Below, one piece after another: positions 27,386 to 37,257 of a stretch of DNA of 64,000 bases. Position 1 is the first letter of the stretch, and the number at the start of each line of letters is the position of its first letter. Source of the DNA: an uncultured Bacillota bacterium (GTDB lineage Bacteria > Sysuimicrobiota > Sysuimicrobiia > Sysuimicrobiales > Segetimicrobiaceae); the NCBI GenBank assembly GCA_963787105.1, contig CAWBBU010000010.1:4017-68016 (forward strand), in the 5' to 3' direction. The notes below the pieces were generated by a model, which was not told where the DNA came from, did not search any database, and saw nothing but the letters and a program-made list of their open reading frames with translations. The translations under genes were made by a program, and so were the position numbers.

Positions 27386-28825
27386 CTACGGACGGAGCAG
27401 GATCGACGCCGTCTGTGCGAGCCGCACGAACCGCTCGGGAAAGATGCCGAGCACGAGCGTGCCGGCGACCGTCAGGCCGAGCACGGTCCGCACGAGCGCG
27501 TCCTCCGGCAGGGGCGACGGATCGGCCGGACTCTGCGCGTACATCACCCGGACGACCCCCGCGTAATAGTAGAACGAGGCGGCGCTGTTCAGGATCCCCA
27601 CGATGGCAAGCCAGCCAAATCCGCTCTGCAGCGCCGCGGCGAACAGGTTGAACTTGCCCCAGAACAGCGCGGTCGGCGGGACGCCGGTGAGCGAGAGCAT
27701 GAACACCGCCATCGCCAGCGCCGTCCACGGTGCGCGCTGCGCGAGCCCGGCGTAATCGCGAATGGCGTCCGACCCGAGGGCGCGCTCCACGGCGATCACG
27801 ACGCAGAACGCGCCGACGTTCGTGAAGACGTACGCCATCAGGTAGTAGACGAGCGCGCCGGTCCCGGCGCCCATCGGCGTGGGCGAGGCGGCGAGCGCGA
27901 CGACGCCGATCAGCATGTACCCCGCCTGGGCGATCGAGCTGTACGCCAGCATCCGCTTGATGTTCTGCTGGGACAGCGCGGCGAGGTTCCCGAGGCTCAT
28001 CGTCACGGCGGCGATCGCGGCGAGGATCGGCACCCACGCCGCGGGCGGCAGCGCGACCTCGAACACGCGCAGCAGCGCCGCGAACGCCGCGGCCTTGCTG
28101 CCGACCGAGAGCATCGCCGTGACCGGCGTCGGCGCGCCCTCGTAGACGTCGGGCGTCCACTGGTGGAACGGGACGAGCGAGGTCTTCCACCCGAGGCCGG
28201 CCAGCACCAACACCGACCCCACGACCAGGAACGGCGTCGGCAGGCTGCCGAGCGCGTGCCCGAGCGCGACCAAATTCGTCGTGCCGCCGGCGCCGTACAA
28301 GAGCGAGAACCCGTAGACCAGCGCGGCGGACGCGGCCGCGCCGTAGAAGAAGTACTTGACCCCCGCCTCGCTGCTCTTCCGGTCCGCCTTCAGCGAGCCG
28401 GCGAGCACGTACGAGATCAGCGACACGAACTCGATCGCCAGGAACAGGACGATCAGGTCCGTCGCCGCGGCCATCGCGGCGAGCCCGAGGACCAAGAACA
28501 CGATCAGCGCGTACGTCTCGCCCTCGTGCGCCGACGGCCGGCCCCGGAAGAACTCCATCGCGGACAGGATCACGAGCACGCCGGACACCACCGCGATGAG
28601 CTTGAAGATCGCCGCGAACGGATCGACCGCGTAGCTGCCGGCGAACGCCGTGCGCGGGGCGCCGACCAAGAGCGCCGCGGACGGCACGAGGACGACCAGC
28701 AGACCGACCACGGCGACCCAGCCGACGATCCGCTTCTCCTCGGGCGCCGTGCACAACTCGAGCACCAGGAGCGCGAGCCCCAGGCCGCCGAGCAGCAGCT
28801 CCGGCAGAATCAACTCCAAATTCAC
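27386..28825 (-). CDS. nuoN: NADH-quinone oxidoreductase subunit N
   Basis: 479-aa polytopic antiporter-like protein (EFVSLISYVLAG, KYFFYGAAASA, LAYSSIAQAGYM). Last gene of the nuo cluster. Confidence 0.9.
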   Translation of the reverse strand: MNLELILPELLLGGLGLALLVLELCTAPEEKRIVGWVAVVGLLVVLVPSAALLVGAPRTAFAGSYAVDPFAAIFKLIAVVSGVLVILSAMEFFRGRPSAHEGETYALIVFLVLGLAAMAAATDLIVLFLAIEFVSLISYVLAGSLKADRKSSEAGVKYFFYGAAASAALVYGFSLLYGAGGTTNLVALGHALGSLPTPFLVVGSVLVLAGLGWKTSLVPFHQWTPDVYEGAPTPVTAMLSVGSKAAAFAALLRVFEVALPPAAWVPILAAIAAVTMSLGNLAALSQQNIKRMLAYSSIAQAGYMLIGVVALAASPTPMGAGTGALVYYLMAYVFTNVGAFCVVIAVERALGSDAIRDYAGLAQRAPWTALAMAVFMLSLTGVPPTALFWGKFNLFAAALQSGFGWLAIVGILNSAASFYYYAGVVRVMYAQSPADPSPLPEDALVRTVLGLTVAGTLVLGIFPERFVRLAQTASILLRP

Positions 28826-28838
28826 GCGCGCCCTCCCG

Positions 28839-30338
28839 TCACCGGACGAGGCTCAAGATGCCGACGATCGCCTGGTTGATCACGTCCACGAGCGGCCGCG
28901 GATACACGCCGATGAGCACCATCAGCGCGCCGAGCGGCACGACCGCCCAGCGCTCGCGCCCGTCCATATCCGGCAGCGCCGCCCAGCGGGGATTCGGCGG
29001 CCCGAAGAAGAGGCGCGAGATCGCCCATAGCAGATACACGACGGTCAGGACGACCCCGGCGAGCGCGAATACCGTCAGCACGGGATAGATCTGGAACGCG
29101 CCGAGGAAGATCAAGAACTCCGCGACGAACCCCACGAGACCCGGCAGCCCGAGCGACGCCAGCATGACCACCATCGTCAGGCCGGTGAACACCGGCAGGC
29201 GCGCGCCGAGCCCGCCGAACTCCGACAGGTTGCGGGTCCGGGCCTCGCCGTCGCCGAGCACCCCGGCGAGAAAGAAGAGCGCGCCGGTGATGACGCCGTG
29301 CGCGACCATCAGCAGCGTCGCCCCGGTGAGGGCGATCGTCGCCGCCTGGGTGGCGCCCCCCGCGGCGGCCGCCGCCGCGATGCCGAGCATCACGTAGCCG
29401 AGGTGGCCCACGCTGCTGTACGCGATGAGGCGCTTGAGGTCCGTCTGGGCCGTCGCCACGAGGCCGCCGTAGACCGCGCCGATGACGGCGAGCACCGCGA
29501 CGAATCCCGCCATCGGGCGAAACGCCTCCGGCAAGAGGGGGAGCGCGATCCGGATGAACCCGTACGCGCCGAGCTTCGACATCACGCCGGCGAGCAGCAC
29601 GCTGCCGGACGTCGGCGCCTCCGCGTACGCGTCGGGCAGCCACGTGTGGAACGGCACGAGCGGCACCTTGACGCCGAACCCGAGGAAAAACCCCCAAAAC
29701 GCGAGCGCCGCAAGGGGCAGGTCGCCGGCCAGCGCGTGCTGGCCGACGAGCGCCGGGAGGTCGAACGTCCTCGGGGTCGAGTGCAGGTACACCACCAGGA
29801 TCGAGAGCAGCATCGCGAGCGACGCGGCCAGCGTGTACAGGAAGAATTTCGTCGCCGCGTACGCCCGCTTGGGCCCGCCCCAGATCGCGATCAGGAAGTA
29901 CATCGGGATGAGGCTGACCTCCCAGAACACGTAGAACAGGAACAGGTCGACGGCCAGAAACACGCCGAGCATGCTGCTCTCGAGCAGCAGCAGGACAATC
30001 ATGTACTCCTTGACGCGCGTCTCGACCCGCCACGAGTAGATCACGCAGAGCGCGACGAGCAGCGCGGTGAGGACGACGAGCGGCAGGCTCAGCCCGTCCG
30101 TGCCGAGATGGTAGCTGATCCCGATGGACGGGATCCAGGGCACCTGCTCGACGAACTGCAGCGTGCCCGCGTGGGCCCGGTCGAGCGCGGCGCCGGCCCA
30201 GCACGCCGCCGCGAGGTCGAGGAGCGCGGTCGCGAGCGCGACGCCCCGGAGCGCGGCGAGCCGCTCCCGCGGCACGACCAGCAGGGCCGCGGCACCGGCG
30301 ACCGGCAGCCACACGATCACGCTCAGCAGGCCGCTCAC
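28839..30338 (-). CDS. nuoM: NADH-quinone oxidoreductase subunit M
   Basis: GTG 30336-30338 overlaps the nuoL stop (GTGA). SGLLSVIVWLPVAGAA..., FYVFWEVSLIPMYFLIAIWGG, HTWLPDAYAEAPT and IAYSSVGHLGYV. The track ORF adds a spurious Arg-rich N-terminus. Confidence 0.9.
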   Translation of the reverse strand: MSGLLSVIVWLPVAGAAALLVVPRERLAALRGVALATALLDLAAACWAGAALDRAHAGTLQFVEQVPWIPSIGISYHLGTDGLSLPLVVLTALLVALCVIYSWRVETRVKEYMIVLLLLESSMLGVFLAVDLFLFYVFWEVSLIPMYFLIAIWGGPKRAYAATKFFLYTLAASLAMLLSILVVYLHSTPRTFDLPALVGQHALAGDLPLAALAFWGFFLGFGVKVPLVPFHTWLPDAYAEAPTSGSVLLAGVMSKLGAYGFIRIALPLLPEAFRPMAGFVAVLAVIGAVYGGLVATAQTDLKRLIAYSSVGHLGYVMLGIAAAAAAGGATQAATIALTGATLLMVAHGVITGALFFLAGVLGDGEARTRNLSEFGGLGARLPVFTGLTMVVMLASLGLPGLVGFVAEFLIFLGAFQIYPVLTVFALAGVVLTVVYLLWAISRLFFGPPNPRWAALPDMDGRERWAVVPLGALMVLIGVYPRPLVDVINQAIVGILSLVR

Positions 30339-32194
30339 CAGACCAACCTCACGACGACGATCACGAGGGCGCCGATCGCGGCGAGCAGGAGATAGGTCTC
30401 TTCGCGCCCCGTCTGCAGGGCGCGCGCGCCGAACCCCACCTGCCGCGCGAGCCACCCGATCAGGTTGACGATCCCGTCAATCACGTAGCGGTCGAACGCG
30501 TCCGCGATCCACACGATGACCGCGCCCACGCGGACGAACACCCAATCGTACACCACGTCCACGTAGTACTTGCGCACGAGGAGCGTGTACAGCCACGGCA
30601 GTCCCTCCCGGAGCGCGGCCGGGGAGACGAGGCGCCAGGGGTAGAGCGCGCCCGCCGCGGCCCACCCGAGCAACGCCGCGGCGAGCGAGACGGCCACCAC
30701 GCCGATCGCCGCCGACGGCACGGGCGCGCCGGCAAACACGATGAAGCGGCCGAACGGATTGCCGAGCATCTCCGCCCCAACCCAGCCGAGCACGATGGCC
30801 AGCGCCGCCAGAATCACGAGCGGGACCGTCATGACACGCGGACTCTCGTGCGGCGCCCCGTGCGCGGCCTCGGGGTCGCCGCCCCGGTAGTCGCCGGCGA
30901 ACGTGTACCAGCAGAGGCGTCCCATGTAGAGCGCCGTCAGGAAGGCACCCGCGATGCCGGCGCCCCACAGCAGCGTGTTGTGGGTATAGGCCGCGACCAG
31001 GATCGCGTCTTTGCTGAAGAACCCCGCGAACGGCGGGATCGCCGTGAGCGCCAGCGTCCCGATGAGGAACGTCCAGAACGTGACCGGCATCGCGCGCGCC
31101 AGGCCGCCCATCCGCTTCATGTCATTCGTGTTGACCGCGTGGATGATGCTGCCCGCCGCGAGGAACAAGAGCGCCTTGAACACCGCGTGGGTCAAGAGAT
31201 GGAACATCCCGGCCGCGTAGCCGAGCGTGCCGAGGCCGAGGAACATGTAGCCGAGCTGGCTCATCGTCGAGTAGGCCAGCACCCGCTTGATGTCGTTCTC
31301 GACCAGGCCCATCGTCGCGCCCGCGAGGACCGTGATCGCGCCCACGTACGCGACGATCGTCAGCGCCTGATGGCCGGGCGTCAGGAAAAACAGCGGATAC
31401 GCGCGGGCGACGAGGTACACGCCGGCCGCGACCATCGTCGCCGCGTGGATCAGCGCGCTGACCGGGGTCGGGCCTTCCATCGCGTCCGGCAGCCAGACGT
31501 GCAGCGGCACCTGCGCCGATTTGCCCACGGCGCCGCCGAACACCAAGAGCGCCGCGAGCGTCAGCGTCGGCCCGCCGAACGTTCCGGCGCCGAGCGCCCG
31601 GAAGATCTCGTCGAAGCGCAGCGAGCCCGTGTGCAGGAACAGGAGCAGGATGCCGACCATCATGGAAAAGTCGCCGACGCGGGTCACGACGAACGCCTTC
31701 AGCGCCGCGCGCGACGCGGCCGGCCGCTCGAACCAGAACCCGATCAGGAGGTACGAACACAGGCCGACGAGCTCCCACCCGGCGTAGATGAACAGCAGGT
31801 TGTCGGCGAGGACCAGGAACAGCATCGAAAACTGGAACAGCGAGAGGTAGGCGAAAAACCGCGGGAAGCGCGGGTCGCCCGCCATGTACCCCACGGAGTA
31901 GATCGTGATGAGCGAGGCGACGACGCCGACCATGGCGAGCATCACGGCGCTGAGCGGATCCACCACGAAGCCCACGACCAGCGGGCGGCTCCCGAGGGTC
32001 ACCCACGTGTACGTCACGTCCGCCCGGACGCCGCCGATCACCTCGGCGAGGACCACGAGCCCGGCCACCCCGGCAAGCACGATGCCGGCGATCGAGACGT
32101 ACGCGCCGCGCCCCGGCAGGCGCTCGCCCCAAAACGTCACCGCGACGAACGCGGCGAGCGGGAGCAGCGGGATCACCCAGACGAACGAGGCCAT
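30335..32194 (-). CDS. nuoL: NADH-quinone oxidoreductase subunit L
   Basis: 619 aa with YSVGYMAGDP, FIYAGWELVGLCSYLLIGFW, HVWLPDAMEGPTPVSALIHAATMV and LAYSTMSQLGYM. Confidence 0.92.
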   Translation of the reverse strand: MASFVWVIPLLPLAAFVAVTFWGERLPGRGAYVSIAGIVLAGVAGLVVLAEVIGGVRADVTYTWVTLGSRPLVVGFVVDPLSAVMLAMVGVVASLITIYSVGYMAGDPRFPRFFAYLSLFQFSMLFLVLADNLLFIYAGWELVGLCSYLLIGFWFERPAASRAALKAFVVTRVGDFSMMVGILLLFLHTGSLRFDEIFRALGAGTFGGPTLTLAALLVFGGAVGKSAQVPLHVWLPDAMEGPTPVSALIHAATMVAAGVYLVARAYPLFFLTPGHQALTIVAYVGAITVLAGATMGLVENDIKRVLAYSTMSQLGYMFLGLGTLGYAAGMFHLLTHAVFKALLFLAAGSIIHAVNTNDMKRMGGLARAMPVTFWTFLIGTLALTAIPPFAGFFSKDAILVAAYTHNTLLWGAGIAGAFLTALYMGRLCWYTFAGDYRGGDPEAAHGAPHESPRVMTVPLVILAALAIVLGWVGAEMLGNPFGRFIVFAGAPVPSAAIGVVAVSLAAALLGWAAAGALYPWRLVSPAALREGLPWLYTLLVRKYYVDVVYDWVFVRVGAVIVWIADAFDRYVIDGIVNLIGWLARQVGFGARALQTGREETYLLLAAIGALVIVVVRLVW

Positions 32195-32201
32195 GGGACG
32201 G

Positions 32202-32510
32202 CTAGCCCTTCATCGTGTCGAGTTCGTCGACGTACGTCGTCTCGAAGCGGCGGTACGCGGCGAGGATCAGCGCCAGCCCGACCGCGGCCTCGCACGCCGC
32301 GATCGTGATCACGATCAGCGCGAAGATCTGCCCCTGCATCGCCCCCGGCGCCGCGTACTTGTTGAACGCGACGAGGTTGATGTTGGCGGCGTTCAGCATC
32401 AACTCGATCCCCATCAGCATCGCCACAGAGTTCCGGCGCGTCAGGACTCCGTACAGCCCGAGGCCGAACAAGAGCGCGCTCAGGACGAGATAATGGGTCA
32501 GCGTGATCAT
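32202..32510 (-). CDS. nuoK: NADH-quinone oxidoreductase subunit K
   Basis: 102 aa. MITLTHYLVLSALLFGLGLYGVLTRRNSVAMLMGIELMLNAANINLVAF is canonical NuoK. Confidence 0.92.
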   Translation of the reverse strand: MITLTHYLVLSALLFGLGLYGVLTRRNSVAMLMGIELMLNAANINLVAFNKYAAPGAMQGQIFALIVITIAACEAAVGLALILAAYRRFETTYVDELDTMKG

Positions 32511-32512
32511 CG

Positions 32513-33007
32513 TCAGTCCTCTTTCCGGGCGATCAGAATCGCGCCGACGAGCGTCACGAGCAGGACGACCGAGGTCCCCTCGAACAGCAGCAGATTCGGC
32601 CCGAGGAAGCTCTCCCCGATCGCACCCGGCGTGTACGACGGCAGGACGCCGCCCCCGTGGGCCCAGGGCGTGCGGTTCGCGACCGCGATCAGGATCGCCG
32701 CGACCGCCCCCGCCACGGCCGCCCCGATCGGCCCCTGCTCGTTCCGCTGCGGCACCCGGAGCCCGGTCGCGCCCTCTGTCAGCATGATCACGAACAGGAT
32801 CAGGACCGTGATGCCGCCCGCGTAGATCAGGACCTGGACGCCGGCCAGGAACTCCGCGTTCAGGAGAATGTACAGACCGGTCACGCCGAGCAGCGCGGGG
32901 ACGAGCGCGACCGCGCTGTGGACGAGGTTCGGGCTCGTCACCACGACGAGCCCCGCGAGGAGGGTGATCGCCGCCAGCACGTAGAACGCGAGCGCCTCTC
33001 CGAACAT
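32513..33007 (-). CDS. nuoJ: NADH-quinone oxidoreductase subunit J
   Basis: ATG 33005-33007 overlaps the nuoH stop (ATGA). MFGEALAFYVLAAITLLAGLVVVTSPNLVHSAVALV...VQVLIYAGGITVLILFVIM. Confidence 0.88.
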   Translation of the reverse strand: MFGEALAFYVLAAITLLAGLVVVTSPNLVHSAVALVPALLGVTGLYILLNAEFLAGVQVLIYAGGITVLILFVIMLTEGATGLRVPQRNEQGPIGAAVAGAVAAILIAVANRTPWAHGGGVLPSYTPGAIGESFLGPNLLLFEGTSVVLLVTLVGAILIARKED

Positions 33008-33993
33008 CAGTGCACGACCATCACGAAGAACGCCGTCACGACGAGGTTCGCCAGCGCCACGGGGATCAGGACCTTCCACGAAAAGTTCAGCAGCTGATCG
33101 ATCCGAAAGCGCGGATAGGTCCAGCGCACCCACATGAAGACGAAGACGAGCACGTACAGCTTGATCAGAAACCAGACGACCGACGGCAGCACCGGCCCCT
33201 GCCACCCGCCGAAAAACAGCGTCACCGCGAGCGCCGCGAGCGCAAACATCTCCCCGTATTCCCCGAGCTGAAACAGCGCGAAGCGCATCCCGGTGTATTC
33301 GGAGAAGTATCCCGCGACGAGCTCGCTCTCGGCCTCGACCAGGTCGAAGGGCCCACGGTTCGTCTCCGCGATCGCGGCCACGAGGAAGATCACGAACGAG
33401 ACCGGCTGCGAGACGATGAACCAGAGCCGCGTCTGCGCGTTCACGATCGTCACGGTCGAGAGCGATCCCGCGAGCATCGCGATCGTGATCAGCACGAGGC
33501 CGATCGGGATCTCATAGCTCACCATCTGCGCGGCCGACCGCAGGCCGCCGAGGAGCGCGTACTTGTTGTTCGATCCCCAGCCGGCCATCAGGATCCCGAC
33601 GACGATCAGCGACGAGGTCGCCGCGAAGTACAGCACGCCGATGTTGAGATCCCGGTAAATCAGCGGCCCCGCCCGCGTGATGCCGAACGGCAGCACGACG
33701 TAGTCCAAGAGCGCCGCCAGCGGGACCACGATCACGGCGCTCGAGAAGATCACCGCGTCGGCGTTCCGGGGCAGAATGTATTCCTTCTGGAGCAGCTTGA
33801 ACGTATCGGCGACGGTCTGCAGCATGCCGCGGGGGCCGACGTGCGTCGGGCCGATCCGGCTCTGGATCCACGCGCTGATCCGCCGCTCCAGGAGCACGCC
33901 CAGCATCGCGGTCACGATCGCCACGCCGCTGAAGATGATGATCGTCCCGACGACCGCCCGCAGCACCTCGATGTACCAGGGCATCACGTCCAT
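33007..33993 (-). CDS. nuoH: NADH-quinone oxidoreductase subunit H
   Basis: MDVMPWYIEVL...LLERRISAWIQSRIGPTHVGPRGMLQTVADTFKLLQKE...AETNRGPFDLVEAESELVAGYFSEYTGMRFALF. Start chosen at the ATG after GGAAGGG. Overlaps the nuoA end by 10 nt. Confidence 0.9.
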   Translation of the reverse strand: MDVMPWYIEVLRAVVGTIIIFSGVAIVTAMLGVLLERRISAWIQSRIGPTHVGPRGMLQTVADTFKLLQKEYILPRNADAVIFSSAVIVVPLAALLDYVVLPFGITRAGPLIYRDLNIGVLYFAATSSLIVVGILMAGWGSNNKYALLGGLRSAAQMVSYEIPIGLVLITIAMLAGSLSTVTIVNAQTRLWFIVSQPVSFVIFLVAAIAETNRGPFDLVEAESELVAGYFSEYTGMRFALFQLGEYGEMFALAALAVTLFFGGWQGPVLPSVVWFLIKLYVLVFVFMWVRWTYPRFRIDQLLNFSWKVLIPVALANLVVTAFFVMVVH

Positions 33994-34340
33994 TCGAGCG
34001 CGCCCTTCCGCCACGCGTACGCGAGGCCGAGGACCAGGATCGCGAGAAAGACCACGATCGAGTAGAACGCCGGCGCGCCGAGGCTGCGCGCCACCACCGC
34101 CCACGGATATAGGTAGATGATCTCGACGTCGAACACGACGAAGATCAGCGAGAAGAGATAATAGCGGACGTTAAACTGCGACCACGCCTGCCCGATCGGC
34201 TCCATCCCCGATTCATACGTGTCCCGCTTGTGGGGGTAGGAGCTTCGGGGGCTGATGAGTGCGATGATCGCGAGCGGCATCGACACCATGCCGGCGCCGA
34301 CGAGCGCGAAGATCGCGACGTATCCCCAGTCGAGCAGCAT
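33984..34340 (-). CDS. nuoA: NADH-quinone oxidoreductase subunit A
   Basis: 118 aa with YESGMEPIGQAWSQFNVRYYLFSLIFVVFDVEIIYLYPWAV, preceded by GAGGAG. Confidence 0.9.
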   Translation of the reverse strand: MLLDWGYVAIFALVGAGMVSMPLAIIALISPRSSYPHKRDTYESGMEPIGQAWSQFNVRYYLFSLIFVVFDVEIIYLYPWAVVARSLGAPAFYSIVVFLAILVLGLAYAWRKGALEWT

Positions 34341-34534
34341 CTCGTCTCCTCAGCCGCACGCCGTCCGGCGGGAACACCGGGACGGCGGCATCGTTGCTGG
34401 CTCCGGCCGGGGCCGGCCGGAACGCCTGGATCGTCTGTCAGGGGCGGCCGGCGCGCTCCGGTCCCGCCCTCCCGGACGGAACGCGCCGCGCGGCCGTCAA
34501 TACGCGCATGGTTCGCGCAGCGCTGGCAAACCTC

Positions 34535-35896
34535 CTACACGCGCGCGACGGCCCGTGCCTCGGGCGACACCGTCGCCAGCAGCTGAATCAGCACCGCGGA
34601 GATCTTCCAGGGGTCGTGGCGCACGAGCGCCTCTTCGCTGATCAGATCGTCGGGGACCACCCGCAGGCCGAGCGCGCGAATCGCCTCGACGTCCGGCTCC
34701 ACCGGCGCCGCGCCCTCGTGGCCATACCGCGCGAGCAGCGCCTGGTTCCGCGGCCGGCGGTTGTTGACGAGCACGTATTCGAAGAGGCCCGCGCCCGCCT
34801 GCTCGAGGAGGACGCGCACGTGGTCGGACGCGGTGAATCCGAGCGTCTCGCCCGGCTGCGTCATGACGTTGCAGATATAGACCTTGAGGCCGCGCGCGCG
34901 GCGGATGGCCTCGGTCACCCCGCCCACGAGCAGGTTCGGCAGGACGCTCGTGTACAGGCTGCCGGGCCCGAGCACGATGAGGTCGGCCTCCGCGATCGCC
35001 TCCAGCACGCCCTCGAGCGCCGGCACGCGCGACGGCTGCAGGAACACGCGCCGGATCGTCCCGCCGGCGCGGGTGATCGCGGATTCCCCTTCGACGACCG
35101 ACCCGTCTGCGAACTCGGCGCACAGCGTGACGTCGTGCAGGGTCGTCGGCAGCACCCGTCCGCGGATCGCGAGCACCTTGCTGCACTCCCGCAGCGCGGT
35201 CTCGAGATCGCCCTCGACCTGCAGCATGCTCGCGATGAACAAGTTCCCGAAGCTGTGCCCGTCGAGCGCGCCGCCCGTGAACCGGTGCTCGAACAGCCGC
35301 GTCAGGAGCGGCTCCGCCTCGGAGAGCGCGACGAGGCAGTTGCGAATGTCGCCCGGCGGCAGAATCCCCTGTTCGCGCCGCAGGCGCCCCGACGAGCCGC
35401 CGTCGTCGAACACGGTGACGACCGCGGTCAGGTTCGTGCTCTCCCGCTTGAGCCCCCGCAAGAGCGTGCTGAGGCCGGTGCCGCCGCCGAGGACGACGAT
35501 CTTGGGCCCGCGCTGCAGCTGCCGCTGCTGCACCAGCATCTCGACAAGCCGGCCGTCGCCGCGCGGAAGAAAGACGTCGACGAACGATCGGATCGTCTCC
35601 CGCAGCCCGTAGACGAACACCGCGGCGCCGAGCAGCAGCAGCAGCAATCCGCCGAGCACCGGCGAAAAGACGTGCCCGGTGACCCGGTAGGCGACGTCGA
35701 TCGCCTGGATCAGCGCGAGCTCCAGCACGTCGAGCAGCTTGACGTTCACGATCAGCGCCGCCCCGGAGCTGACCAGAAGAATGCCGACGGCCATGACGGC
35801 GACCCACCGCTTCACGCCGAGCCCGGGCTCGAGCCAGCGCAGCCACGCCCGCAGCCCGTCGAGCGGCGACCCGTTCCCCGAGCCGTTCTGGCTCAT
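34535..35896 (-). CDS. yvcK: gluconeogenesis factor YvcK family protein (CofD-like, UPF0052)
   Basis: The start MSQNGSG overlaps the rapZ stop (ATGA). N-terminal TM segments, then IVVLGGGTGLSTLLRGLK, VVTVFDDGGSSGRLR, PPGDIRNCLVAL and LGPGSLYTSVLPNLLV. Confidence 0.88.
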   Translation of the reverse strand: MSQNGSGNGSPLDGLRAWLRWLEPGLGVKRWVAVMAVGILLVSSGAALIVNVKLLDVLELALIQAIDVAYRVTGHVFSPVLGGLLLLLLGAAVFVYGLRETIRSFVDVFLPRGDGRLVEMLVQQRQLQRGPKIVVLGGGTGLSTLLRGLKRESTNLTAVVTVFDDGGSSGRLRREQGILPPGDIRNCLVALSEAEPLLTRLFEHRFTGGALDGHSFGNLFIASMLQVEGDLETALRECSKVLAIRGRVLPTTLHDVTLCAEFADGSVVEGESAITRAGGTIRRVFLQPSRVPALEGVLEAIAEADLIVLGPGSLYTSVLPNLLVGGVTEAIRRARGLKVYICNVMTQPGETLGFTASDHVRVLLEQAGAGLFEYVLVNNRRPRNQALLARYGHEGAAPVEPDVEAIRALGLRVVPDDLISEEALVRHDPWKISAVLIQLLATVSPEARAVARV

Positions 35897-36798
35897 TCTT
35901 TCCTCACATCCCGGTGCTTGATGCGGACGGGGTAGCCGGCGGCGCGCAGAAACTTGGTCAGGTCGTCGCCGATCACGACCGACCGGTGCTTCCCCCCGGT
36001 GCACCCGATCGCGATCGTGAGGTGCGTCTTGCCCTCCGCGGTGTACTGCGGCAGCAGGTAGGCGAGCAGGTCGTGGAAGCGGCGCTCGAACTCCCGCGTC
36101 TGCTCCCACTGCAGCACCCACTCCCGCACCTCGGGACTCTGGCCCGGGAGCGCGCGCAGCGCCTCGACGTAGTACGGATTCGGCAGGAACCGGACGTCGA
36201 ACACCAGATCGGCGTCGATCGGAATCCCGTACTTGTAGCCGAACGTCGCGACGCTGACCGTGAGCGTGTTGGCACCGGCCGTGCGCAGGAAGGTGTCGGC
36301 GAGCTCTTCCCGCAGCTCCCGCGCGCTCAGTCCGCTGGTGTCGATGATCTTGTGGGCGCGCTCCTTGAGCGGCTGGAGCCGCTTGCGCTCGCTGCGGATC
36401 CCATCGAGCACGCTGCCGCCGAGCGGGTGTTTCCGCCGCGTCTCCTCGAACCGCCGGACCAGCACCTCGTCGGAGGCATCGAGGAACAGGATCTGGTAGC
36501 TGATCCCGAGCGCGCTGAGGGCGGCCAGGGCCGCGTCGAGCGTGTTGAAGAACTCGCCGCCGCGCACGTCGATCACGAGCGCGACGCGGCGGATGCGGCC
36601 CTGCGATTCTTGGATGATCTCCGCAAACTTCGGGATCAGCGCCGGCGGCAGGTTGTCGACGCAGAAGAACCCGAGATCCTCGAGCGCGTGCGTGGCCTGC
36701 GACTTGCCCGCCCCGCTCAGCCCGGTCACGATCAGGAACTCGACGCGGTCGGCGAGCGCGCCGCCGCTCGGGCCGGCGACCGGCTGCGGATGGCTCAC
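35893..36798 (-). CDS. rapZ: RNase adapter protein RapZ (YvcJ)
   Basis: GTG 36796-36798. FLIVTGLSGAGKSQATHALEDLGFFCVDNLPPALIP, VIDVRGG and IAIGCTGGKHRSV. The track ORF 35893..37119 only adds an Arg-rich extension. Confidence 0.9.
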   Translation of the reverse strand: MSHPQPVAGPSGGALADRVEFLIVTGLSGAGKSQATHALEDLGFFCVDNLPPALIPKFAEIIQESQGRIRRVALVIDVRGGEFFNTLDAALAALSALGISYQILFLDASDEVLVRRFEETRRKHPLGGSVLDGIRSERKRLQPLKERAHKIIDTSGLSARELREELADTFLRTAGANTLTVSVATFGYKYGIPIDADLVFDVRFLPNPYYVEALRALPGQSPEVREWVLQWEQTREFERRFHDLLAYLLPQYTAEGKTHLTIAIGCTGGKHRSVVIGDDLTKFLRAAGYPVRIKHRDVRKE

Positions 36799-37139
36799 TA
36801 GTCGACCACCGCGCGTGAGAGCACGAAGCTGATAATGCTCAGCACAAGCGCGCCGATGAACGCCGACAGGAAATTGTCGATGAAGAGGTGGTGGGTCACC
36901 GCGGCCACGACGTAGAGCATGACGGCGTTCACGATCAGCGCGAACAGCCCGAGCGTCACGATCGTCAGCGGCAGGGTGAACAGCAGCACGATCGGCCGCA
37001 GCAACGCGTTGACGATGCCGAGCACCAGCGCGGCGATGATGAGCCCCCGGATCCCGTCGACGCGGATGCCATGGACAAGCAGCGTCGTCAGATAGAGCGC
37101 CACCGCGTTGATTGCCCAACGAATGAGCAGTCCAGCCAT
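36798..37139 (-). CDS. phage holin family IV-like 4-TM membrane protein (DUF360-like)
   Basis: MAGLLIRWAINAVALYLTTLLVHGIRVDGIRGLIIAALVLGIVNALLRPIVLLFTLPLTIVTLGLFALIVNAVML... is typical of this family. An alternative GTG start lies at 37178. Confidence 0.65.
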   Translation of the reverse strand: MAGLLIRWAINAVALYLTTLLVHGIRVDGIRGLIIAALVLGIVNALLRPIVLLFTLPLTIVTLGLFALIVNAVMLYVVAAVTHHLFIDNFLSAFIGALVLSIISFVLSRAVVD

Positions 37140-37257
37140 CGACTCATTATACCCGCGAAGCCCCGCGGCTGCATACACCGGGGCGCGGCGGCGGACCTGG
37201 TCAGCGACCCCGCGTGCGTCGGGACAGCAGCCTCGCGAGTCTCCAGGGGACGGTCTG

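Noticed and set aside
27358-27388. Small hairpin (CCCG/CGGG, 9-nt loop) overlapping the nuoN stop codon, considered as the nuo operon terminator.
   Set aside because: It has only 4 bp of stem and no convincing U tract, so I could not support it as a terminator.
37137-37151. Perfect TATAAT 6 nt upstream of the ATG of the holin-like gene, suggesting a leaderless mRNA.
   Set aside because: There is no acceptable -35 element at 16-18 nt. The hexamer directly follows a CCGCG/CGCGG hairpin that may be the sucD terminator. An alternative upstream GTG start also exists. The evidence is too weak to call.
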